A stretch of DNA of 59,469 bases, the filler included, from Basidiobolus ranarum (Eukaryota): NCBI GenBank assembly GCA_040143965.1. It is 6 parts of 6 records of this genome, joined end to end, with 100 filler letters (N's around TTAATTAATTAA, not from the genome) between each part and the next. Parts side by side here need not be neighbours in the genome. Positions count along the whole stretch, not along the records: positions 29,807 to 39,630 come from JASJQH010007652.1; positions 39,731 to 49,551 come from JASJQH010007653.1; 4 more parts are not named here. One strand, 5' to 3'. A model generated the notes under the pieces. The model saw only the letters and a program-made list of their open reading frames with translations, did not search any database and was not told the origin of the DNA. This document shows, in pieces, positions 38,238 through 48,395 of the stretch (the stretch's first letter is position 1; each line of letters opens with the position of its first letter). Position numbers and translations under genes: made by a program.

Positions 38238-38929
38238 TTAAATCTAGAGTAACGCTGTGTTAGTATACTTGATAGCAGGAAATGGAATATTAATGAATAG
38301 TTTACATCATCAATTTCGAAGTCAAAGTCAATCTCATCATCCTCAGGACCGAAGGTTTCAGTTTCATTAATTTTAGCTACAGAAGCAAAGGTATTAGGAT
38401 TAGGAATGAAATACAATACAAACAACCAAAAGGAACGTACCAGATTCAGGAAGTTCACCATAGGATTTCAAACTTCTAGCTTCGTCAGCATTATACTTCA
38501 AGATAACATCGGCTTTGTCGTCCTGGAAATCACGAAGGGAGATCAAGACAATGTCTCCTTGGTTGATCCAGACCTTCTTTCTCATCTTTCCACGAATGTG
38601 AGCTAATCTCTTCTCTCCGTCGAAACATTGAGCTTCGATACGGCCATTACCAAGCATCTTCACAACTTGGGCGTACTCTATTAAGAGAAACAGAAGTTTA
38701 ATACATCAGTACTTACAAAATGACAGGTGATTGTTCCTGTGTGCAACATCTACTCACCTTGACCCTCCTCTTTGAAGACAAGTTCACGTTTGTCACCTTC
38801 ACTCTCATTCTTTCCTCTACGTCTGTTTTTTCCTCCCTAAAGAAGTGCATATGATATGAAATCAGTTCTACCGCCACTAACTTATTCAAAGGAACTTGAC
38901 ATGCGTACCTTTCCCTTATTTTTGGGCAT
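38238..38929 (-). CDS. TIF11: Translation initiation factor eIF1A, 5 exons
   Basis: [18 protein letters not shown]...[24 protein letters not shown]...[12 protein letters not shown]...LRDFQD...YGELPES|AKINET...IDD|I*; the last exon codes only Ile plus stop. Confidence 0.95.
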
Positions 38930-39423
38930 TGTGAAACTTCTCTTCGAAAGTGCAGTTAACAAGAAGGAAGTTTCCAATTACATACAAGTACACTACTTGA
39001 ACCGAAAATATGGGGGACATTCTTTCCACAGATTTTAGATCCCTAAAAAATAACTATAGATTGGAGAAAGCGTGGAGTTTTTTTCTCCTGAATATTTACT
39101 TGGACGGTATGATTGGCCAGCAAAGTAATTTTTCTCAAGGTTGTAAGGAGATAGTAGTAAACAAGACATTTTCACTTATCAGCTTAAATCACCGCATCAC
39201 TAACACGAGCCGTAAACATTCCAAGAAATTCTTAAAATTCTTAATTCATCAAGCAAAACTGCCATTAATCTACTGAAAAAAAAAGGGATTAAATGAATGA
39301 GGTGATTGGATAAGATGAGATTGAATGAGACGCAGTAGATTAGGGGTCACTCAGAGAATATAGTCCCAGTGGACCAGCAAGAGCATCTTCTTTCTTTCAA
39401 ATCCATTACTTGATTTTGTAAAC

Positions 39424-39630
39424 ATGGTAAGATAAAATATCGATTATTAATTGCATCCATCCATCTATGTTTAGACTCGTTTCTCAAACTCTTCTAATTA
39501 TTGGGTAAAGTTCACGGTTCCCTCGCTCTTTCCTTTAAGGTAAATTCTCAAAGCCCCAAGGTAGAGGACAAAGATACTAAGAAGAAGAAGACTGGTCGTG
39601 CCAAGAAGAGAATTCAATACAACCGTCGTT
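39424..39630 (+). CDS. RPS30: 40S ribosomal protein S30 (eS30), partial; degraded or error-ridden copy
   Basis: ATG|GTAAGA intron 39427-39503, then GKVHGSLA...[17 protein letters not shown]. The acceptor reads TTG rather than TAG and conserved ARAGKVK reads ALSFKVN. Confidence 0.85.
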
Positions 39631-39730
39631 NNNNNNNNNNNNNNNNNNNNNNNNNNNNNNNNNNNNNNNNNNNNTTAATTAATTAANNNNNNNNNNNNNN
39701 NNNNNNNNNNNNNNNNNNNNNNNNNNNNNN

Positions 39731-40040
39731 TACAGCCAATTTTGGTGTGAACATACTTGGGAACCAATCATGATTCTTTCCTGCCATTTGTACCAGACAA
39801 GTATCGATTCATGGATCTTGTACTCCGATGACACTACCTTGGTACACAATCTTTCAAGTTGTACACGAGCATTATGCAACACAACATATCAAGTAACCAG
39901 AAAGAATAGAGTGACGAATCAGTAGGCACTAACCTCACCATGTGTAAGCGCAACAACTTTGTCAGCTTGTGAATCTCCAACAAGCCTGGCTGCTATTTTC
40001 TCAGCTAGATTCGTGATCTCTGAACCTTGATCTGCTGCTT
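39731..40040 (-). other. Possible exon fragments of an unidentified gene running off the contig
   Basis: Open segments AADQGSEITNLAEKIAARLVGDSQADKVVALTHGE and VVLHNARVQLERL...IMIGSQ, each followed by a GT donor-like site; no family recognised. Confidence 0.25.
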
Positions 40041-40317
40041 ATTTCAATCGAGAAACACGAATGTGTCATCTAGAAGATATCGAATGTAGTCACTAACTTC
40101 ATACATTGTAGGAAATTCATTTTACACTGAAGACAAAAGCACCCCATAACACATCTTTACTATTCAAATATATGCAGATTTAATAAATTCAAGATAAAGC
40201 ATTTCATTCAATCCACTTTGTTTGGTAACTAGTAGTATACTCGATTCTATAGCTGTAAAAGCGCAAGCGAATACATAGAGAAATAATACTTTCTTAACCA
40301 TAAGAAAAAAGTTGGAC

Positions 40318-40614
40318 TCAGCATACGATGAAGATGCTCTTCCAGCCATAACTGGATGATTGCTCAGAGTTTGCATCACTCTTTAATACGGAATGCGCAG
40401 CTCCGCTACATCCAGATCCATTATAGACGCGTCCACTTTGGCCCTCAGCGTACCACTTGTAACTACCTCTGTAGGGAATGGAAGAGCAGCCACACTTTCC
40501 AATGCTCTTGCTAGATCCAGAATAATGACCTCCAGAGTAAGCCACAAAGTTACTAGCATAGGCGGAGGTGCAGAGAAGAGCGGCAGTAATAGCGTAGAGA
40601 TTGATGCGGACCAT
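40318..40614 (-). CDS. Secreted MiAMP1-family (beta-barrelin) antimicrobial peptide homologue
   Basis: Signal peptide MVRINLYAITAALLCTSAYA, then 78-aa mature peptide with SxFxxxSG, KCGCSxI, GxY, GQxxxxYNxxGCSGxAH and GWKSIFIxC, the hallmark motifs of Macadamia MiAMP1 as recalled. Confidence 0.88.
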   Translation of the reverse strand: MVRINLYAITAALLCTSAYASNFVAYSGGHYSGSSKSIGKCGCSSIPYRGSYKWYAEGQSGRVYNGSGCSGAAHSVLKSDANSEQSSSYGWKSIFIVC

Positions 40615-42864
40615 TTTGTTGAATGCAGATTACCAAAGTGATGCCTCCTTTTTATTACTCACACAGCCCTACCATGTAACAAATATGGTAACTGATCACT
40701 CACTATCAAATATATTTCGTGTAAAGGTGTGCTACCACTTGATTAGTACTATTCAGAAACATCACTTGAGACTTATTCTCTAACTGTATACTCTTATTCT
40801 CCGGGAACTGCACTACCCCTCCAACCAGCATTGTGGTTAAATAACGTCTATATCTTCAGTATTAAGCATATACTCCTTCAACGAAAAGGCTGGAGCACCA
40901 ATTGCTGAATATATTTAATGACCTACTAGAGTGTAACTATTGCTACTCTTATTTTCATCAGTCTCAAATGAAATTCTGAGAGTAGTTGTTGTAATGTCCC
41001 ACTCATCCTTCACCTCATGCAGCGTATTGATACCCTATTCGGGATTTGCACTCTCATTATCAGCTTCATATTACCGCACATACTCACGAAATGAGGCAGG
41101 ATTGATAAAGCCGACCACCACCATCTACCTTCTCTTTTGAGCGTTATGATATCTCGCCCTTTCTCTCTAACTACTTTTCCAGATCAGAGCTTCCCCTCCC
41201 TTAGCGCCATATTAATCTGATTCGATATGCCATCAGCAGGAATCTACTTATTAATAGAGACTCTTTAATTGAAGTTTTATATCACGATATAGGTTAATCT
41301 CTCCACAAATAGGATTAATATTTGAGTAGTACGAATGTATGTGTTGGTGTTTTTGGATGTTTATACCTGGAGAGAGTCCAGATCCATTGCAATAATTCAT
41401 GTAGCATAATCTGGATATTGCACCACAAGTAGTGACCACGAATCGGTTCCCAATCTCAACTGAATATATATGGTACACCCAAATTCTGGGCGGGCATACT
41501 CAAGGACCAACTTTCAGAGACAGTATGACGCTGAGTGAGTATGTATTGGAAAATGATATATAAAGATGATAATTCAAATGTTATACTAAATCAGAGTCTC
41601 ACGTATTCATATATACGACGACTCTTTGCATGAGTCAGAAGTAAAATCATACAAATTGGATCAACCAGTTTACCACCTTGAAATACAACATTTATATTTA
41701 TCCATTTATGTGTATCCAGCTACACAAGTAGTATTGCACTGTTGTACGCATTCTTTACTTTCTTCTCTTTGGCTCTTTTTCTGCAGTCCCCTTGTTATGT
41801 ATTTCTGTTGTTTTCTCTAGAAACTACTGTTCTTTTCAGCTGGCACATGCAGATTGTGAGCCTTTATACTTTTTTTACTTTTTTGGATAGTTTTCTTTCC
41901 TATTCCGCTGTTAACTATTCATAAGTGATATCTATTAGATGTTGCATATCTTTAGCTTATGAAGTTGATAATCAATGTTGATTGCTCGCTAAACTGCTAC
42001 TAACTAATTTTGGATCGATTGATTGACCTTCCATTAGAATCTGCTTAAGGTACTTGATTAATCAAAATCAATCGATTCAATCCTACTTGGAATGGACAGC
42101 ACAAAACCATACGAGTGGCGGTGAATGTACAAAAGATGCAGTTGAAGACGTGACAGGTGAGTCGGTATAATATATTACAGAGACTATCGTATTGCAAGTA
42201 CATAGCAATACTCATTAACACTTAGCCCATAGTTACCTTATAGTAATTCATACAAGTGTTTGAGGGATAGTATTATCTGTCCCCTTTTATCTCTTCCATT
42301 ATTCCTAACTGAACCATGTGAAACTGGTTTTAATCCCAGTCATATTTCGAGCTGAAAACCACATCCTTTCTGGCTTGTTGTAAATTTCGATATCTACATC
42401 TTGGTCTGCTATAAATTCAAAATATTTTCAACTTATTTCTACTTTATATCTTAAAACCATAAGCCACTCCCTAGTTACTCTATTGGGTCAAGTGTTAACC
42501 CCTTCCTTCCTATACCACCACTTGTAGATCTTAAGTCCAAGTAGGTGCTACTAAATATATATTGAAATTCTATAGGTGATCTCAAATTTCCGCACAAGCA
42601 AATTGCTGATGAAAACAAACTAAGAATGTTTAACTAGTATTATTGTAGTAATTGATCAAGTGTTTCTCCATTTTCCATAGGTGTTCATAAGTAACAAGTT
42701 CAATTGAGTTGTGCCTACCAAATAATTATTCCAAATTGGATAAACATTATAAATAAATAATATTTTCAGAGTACTCTGGATTGAGGATGTGTAAATTATA
42801 TACATTAAAATTCATGCCATAATACCTCAGTGGTTGGGTAATATTTTTATGCTGCTCTAGATTA

Positions 42865-43184
42865 TGTTGAAATTAGCATTGTCTAAACATCTATATAGGC
42901 ATATATAGCTTAGTACTTAGCTATCTTATATTTCACTAAAATGTTATCCATTGTTCTCAATCGGAATTTACTTCGAAGTTCTCAGATATATAGATTTTTC
43001 AAAGAAGCCCCAAACTTTGCACACATGTTCCTAGGACCTTCTTAAACACATTCTACACGTTAGTTTGTTTACATCTCGACAAAACTTTAAATGTCAACTG
43101 AATACTCAATAAATCAATAAGTGAACACTACCAACTTCTCTTTTTCTCCAAACTACTTCCAACAGGCTCCCAAATACTGTAACA
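42865..43184 (+). mobile_element. Solo Ty1/copia LTR with 5-bp target-site duplication
   Basis: TG...CA termini (TGTTGAAATT...CTGTAACA) flanked by GATTA on both sides (42860-42864, 43185-43189). Confidence 0.92.
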
Positions 43185-43817
43185 GATTATGGATACGTAT
43201 ACCCTGAAATTCATGCCATAAAAGCTGAGGAATATATGGGCTGAGCGCCCAATTGAACCATTTGAGCTAAACCTAAATCCTACCCTCTGGTTGAATGTTG
43301 CTGACATTACCTAGTCTGCTCCAATAGTTAAAAATGAAATGTGGCACAAATATCGGTCACAATACCTGTCACTTTGAGGGTATTAACTGTATTAGGATTA
43401 GCGCATTGGTTGCGAGGTGTAGATATAGTTTTATTATGAGGACTTTTAATTTCAAGAAGTAATGATCCGCCAGTAATGGTCCACTGGGGTTGTTCTTTAC
43501 CCTTCATTTAAAAATTACTTGTGACACTGAATAACCTCAAGTATCACACAAAACTTCGCTTACACCATAATCCATATTGATTCCACTCCTAACCAATTCA
43601 AAACTGCAAGTAGTAGTTAAGCTTTATGCGATTCTAACCTATAAGTATATGCTTGACAACTATAGAATATTTAATTTATTTATTTCATTGAAACAATAAT
43701 TAATTAGTCCAAATAGTATTAAAATATTATGCTATTAAAATATCCACTCAAGGGAGAAAAAACGAAGAAAATAACTTCTAAGCAACTTCAGCAGTCGGCG
43801 AAGCATCTCTGCACGAC

Positions 43818-45503
43818 TTAGGAGATTCTAAAGATTACTTGCATACCCATCATCATATGGGTAGTGATATGGCAATGCAACAACCAAAATCCTGGATTGT
43901 CAGCTTTGAACCGGATCACTCTCCAACCGCATTTGTCCCCAGGCTTAAGGGTTTTTGGTTGAAAGTATGCATTAGCTGAAGGAAATACAGTGGTAGTATC
44001 TCTAAGTACTGGGTTTTGAGTATCCAACAATGCTTCACGTTCTTTGACGGTGGTAGTGTTATATTGTCCAGGACCGTAACCTAGATCATAGAATGAGCGA
44101 CCATGCAAATGCCATGGATGTTGCTCACATATACCATTCGCGGCAACGGTATTCTGGAATACTAATTGAATCACTTCACCATTTCGAAGTTCGATCACAG
44201 GAACAGAATTTCCAGCACCGGCAGTCGCCGCATGAGTAAGTAATGTCACGGACGGAGTTTTACTGCTAATGCCGTTCACAAACCATTTGACTGTAGTGTC
44301 CACAGGTTGTTGAGTAGCCGTCAAGGTAAACTCTCGGGAGACTTTCTTTGGGAATATGTAATGGTAGTTGTCAATAGGTAGCTTTTTTTTCATTTGAACA
44401 GTTGGTAGTATCCAATTGGGAGATTCACTTGGATGAGTTGGTATACCGCTCGTTATAGTTTGGATTAACTCTGGTTCAGGGACGGTAGAGTAGTGTAAAA
44501 CGGAAATTCCATTGCCAGCTTGGAATGGTCGCCACTTTGGGACTGCATGAATAACATAGTTTTGCGGAGTCTGATCCATGGTTACCAACACGGAGTATCG
44601 TTGACCAGAGTTAATCTCCAAGTTGGTGATCTGCACTGGCTCAATCATACTACCATCAGCTTCAATAAGAGTCATATTGTGATTAGCAATACTGAGGCTC
44701 ACGTAGGAGAGAGAGGTTGCCCCAATAATACGTATGCGATATGTCTTTCCAGGTTCGACATTGATTTTATCATAGGAACAAGTTCCGGGTTTTGGAATAG
44801 CACATTGTATGGCTGGAGTGGCAGACCCGGTAGCCCAATCGCCAAAAGTTTTACCATTTGTCAAAATAGAAGCTGGATCACCAATCCAACTGAAAGTCTC
44901 ATTCACAATACCCGTCGTCAGATCTGGCTCTGCTCGATGAAACAAATCGCTGATCATTAACAACCGTTCGTCATCATAACGTACGCCTGCTTGTGTTCGT
45001 GTGTTATCTTTGCCAGATTCGCGAACAATGATAGCTCCAAATACTGTGTTAGATTGCAAACTAACATGAGCATGGTACCAGTACGTTCCAACTTGGTCGT
45101 CCAAGTCCATACGATAGACAAAAGATTGGCCCGGGAATATTGGATCCTGCGACACAAAGGGAGTACCATCCATCTGGGGGGACCCATGTTGTTCGATTCC
45201 GTGCCAATGCACCGTGGTCACATCGCTTTCCATGTGGTTGTTGACAGTAATTATAAGTGTGTCACCTTGTGCTGCATAGATAGTTGGACCTGGAGAACCT
45301 CCGTTCACTAAGAGCATGCTTCGCTGGCAACAATCAGGAGATCTAAATCCATAAGTAACGTTAAACTCGTAGTATACGTTAGCGGCATCAATGCTAGGAA
45401 AGACTGCGCATATTAAAATGGCGAGGATCAATGTCTGAATAGATAAAAGGCTCGTCAAAGATTTGAGCGAAGGCGCACTCCACGACAAACGTAGAAGAGA
45501 CAT
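43818..45503 (-). CDS. Secreted multicopper oxidase, ascorbate-oxidase-like (AA1), intronless
   Basis: Hydrophobic N-terminal signal; copper motifs VHWHG, YWYHAH, HPWHLHG, HCHITTHMMMGM (Met as T1 axial ligand); SPDC and ADNPG motifs. Confidence 0.93.
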   Translation of the reverse strand: MSLLRLSWSAPSLKSLTSLLSIQTLILAILICAVFPSIDAANVYYEFNVTYGFRSPDCCQRSMLLVNGGSPGPTIYAAQGDTLIITVNNHMESDVTTVHWHGIEQHGSPQMDGTPFVSQDPIFPGQSFVYRMDLDDQVGTYWYHAHVSLQSNTVFGAIIVRESGKDNTRTQAGVRYDDERLLMISDLFHRAEPDLTTGIVNETFSWIGDPASILTNGKTFGDWATGSATPAIQCAIPKPGTCSYDKINVEPGKTYRIRIIGATSLSYVSLSIANHNMTLIEADGSMIEPVQITNLEINSGQRYSVLVTMDQTPQNYVIHAVPKWRPFQAGNGISVLHYSTVPEPELIQTITSGIPTHPSESPNWILPTVQMKKKLPIDNYHYIFPKKVSREFTLTATQQPVDTTVKWFVNGISSKTPSVTLLTHAATAGAGNSVPVIELRNGEVIQLVFQNTVAANGICEQHPWHLHGRSFYDLGYGPGQYNTTTVKEREALLDTQNPVLRDTTTVFPSANAYFQPKTLKPGDKCGWRVIRFKADNPGFWLLHCHITTHMMMGMQVIFRIS

Positions 45504-46117
45504 AATACGATAAGCACCTGGAGAAGAAAATTATAGTGAATGAGGGACGGATTACAAGGATATTTATGAGTACTTCATATACTGTATCTAGAACTAAAGT
45601 AATATTGCATATATTTCTAATATAGGATGCTAATGAATACTATTTGAATTCTAATTGGTCTACAAATTCATTTTTATATAGCTAGCTCTTTATGGCACCG
45701 GTACATTAGGTAAGGATATAATGAAATACGGTCAAGGACGCCCGTAAAGTGTTCAGAGGGACTAATAAGATTCACTTAAAAACCTTAACAAATAATATTT
45801 CAAATCGATGAAGGCAACACAAAAATTCGCTGCATAAACCCAACATTAATGATTCAATGCCATGCTTTGTGACACCCATATGATTGGGTCAAAGTGATGA
45901 AGTCAAAAAAGGGATTACACTAGAAGAAAGCTATTACTGAAGGAGTTAACTGGGTAAGAGTAGTTACCTAAAGGCCCACGCCATACTTAGAGTAACCCCT
46001 AACCCTAACAAACCATATCGAGCAGCACTTCTTTTCCTACATATTTCAGGTTGGGGCGTCATTGGTTCCTAAATATCAACAATTATGCAAGCAACAACTA
46101 CAAAAAGTAAATACGAT

Positions 46118-46223
46118 TTGTATCTACCGTAATTTGAATGGAATGCATTGTATCTACCGTAATTTGAATGGAATGCATTGTATCTACCGTGATATGAATG
46201 GAATGAATTGTATCCATCGTAAT
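46118..46223. repeat. Minisatellite, 30-bp unit x about 3.5
   Basis: Unit TTGTATCTACCGTAATTTGAATGGAATGCA; two perfect copies, then degenerating ones. Confidence 0.9.
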
Positions 46224-47735
46224 CATTCCTTACCTTCAATTGTAGCCTTTGTAAGTACTCCTTACCATTCCTGACCTAATTCTATAGATTGTATCCATAG
46301 CAACCATTTAGCACGCTAAAAAATTCCCCAGTTGGTGTAGTACCAATTACATGACTAGCAGTCATTTTTCTCACTAATTTTGCAGTTTTTATATTTACTG
46401 ATATACAAAAGCCAATAGTGTCGAAAGTTCAAATGCATAATGGTGTCCAATTTGTAACCAAGTTAGTGGAATATGAACTTAGTCCGGTTTTGGGAGTGTG
46501 GTTTGAGATCACGTTGTCTATTTAGTAACATCCTAGGTACAACTGACCAAAACCTGGCCAAGGTTGGTTGCAAGTGTTATGAAGCATTTCATTTTTTATT
46601 TCGTCCGTATCACACCGAGGGGTATAAACGTGGAAGTAGAAATTTTATTTTGTCGGACCAATCACTAATCCGGAGAATCACCGTTTTTGGGATCTCGCCT
46701 TCCAATTCCTTCTTATTGAATATGAAATGGGATTTATTTCTGTAGAGCTGCATGCAAATACTTGCTTGGATAATTCCAATTTGCGAGTTTACATTGCGGG
46801 TGACACCCTAACTGACATCAGTAGGTTTAGTAGTGATTGGAAGTCACATTTAAATTATTTCCGATGGAGGTTGTTTAGATTTGCCATCAATGTATCGTTA
46901 TGCATTGTAACCCTCATCCACATGAAAGGTTGTTCTCGGCGAGAGTAAACAGATGTATACACTCCAATATGCATCCTTAATGATCAACTTAAAAGACCGG
47001 TTTCCTTTGAGTGTCGATATATGTATATATATATTATGAACAAGCGAGGCTAGAAGTTGAATTCCATGCGTCAAAAATAATAGGTAGTGGACTCAACTTA
47101 TTAGCTCTCTTCATCTATAACACTTACAAGCCTACCTCTTCTTTCCCATGCCGCTTTAGCTCTTATTACCCTGCAACAGAGAAGCGTGATACAACATACA
47201 CGTTTTTCTGCGTATTAGCAGCGCTGATCATGCTGAATTATTTAATGGAATGAAATTGGGTGGTACTTGCTACCGTTCCACGAAATACTTAATTCATGGC
47301 CAAGTTCATAGTTACAGTTAGTCAACGGTTGGAGAGAGTTTCAAAGAAAATGATAGTTTGGCTTCATGTAATTTGCTTATATTGGCTAATTTTTCTTTTA
47401 TGTTATCCAACGTTTGCCGAAAAAAAGTGTTCAAAAGAATTATGTTGATAATATAAATATTTGAATTTTTTTCTACTGTTTGTCGACGGTATCTCTCTTA
47501 CACTAATTCCAGAGTATCTTGTCAAGATTGATGTGCCAAAGACTGTATTACTGCAACGTGTTTACAGCTTGTAAGTATTGCTTCTAATGCGTTGAGCTTA
47601 CATTAAACGCTCATTACGTCCCTAGAGCAAATACAACTTTCTTCAGTATATGTATTATAGCAGCAGCTTGAAGTTAACAAATGATGTACCATTTTCTTGC
47701 TAAAGCTGAAATCAATTATATTTATTTGATATCAG

Positions 47736-48395
47736 TGTGGAAATTAGCATTGCCTAAACATCTATATAGTCATACATAGCTTAGTACTTAGTTATCTTAT
47801 ATTTCACTAAGATATTACCCATTATTCTCATAAGGAATATACTTATAAGTTCTCAGATGTATAGATTTTTCAAACTTTTGCTTTGACAAAACTAAAAATG
47901 TCAACTTTCTACTCAATAAATCACTAAGTGAAAACCTCCAATTTCTCTAATTCTCCAAACCACTTCCAACAGGCTCCCAAATACTTTAACAGGTTATGAG
48001 CCCCAATCTTGCACTCTCTCTAATGTCTACTTCTCAAATTTCTGGTACTTTTCTCTCCTCTGAAAAGTTGGATGGAACCAATTAGAAAGTTTGGAAAGTC
48101 AAAATGAGAGTGCTGCTGCAAGAAAAAGAACTTTGGGATACTCTTGTTGGAGAAGAAAATAATTCAAAACCATCTAAAACCAAATTTTTGCTCTAGGTAA
48201 AAATAAAACAAAGTACCTTTAACACAATTGTCTAAAAGTTAAAGACAAATTGCAAATTCACTATTCAAGAACCAAAGCTGGCAAGAAGGTTTGGGAAGCC
48301 TTAGAAGATACCTACCAATTATGTTTTGTAGCCAACAAGATGCTTCTAAGAAGATAATTCTTCAACTCAAAGATGAAGCCAGGAGAAGATGTTAA
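47736..48395 (+). mobile_element. 5' end of Ty1/copia element: LTR (47736-47991), PBS (47992-48004), degenerate gag (from 48023)
   Basis: LTR ends ...TTTAACA, then GGTTATGAGCCCC; gag reads MSTSQISGTFLSSEKLDGTN*KVWKVKMRVLLQEKELWDTLV with stop and frameshifts. Confidence 0.9.

Noticed and set aside
46118-46223. CRISPR-like array
   Set aside because: Units are head-to-tail with no unique spacers, and the context is eukaryotic.
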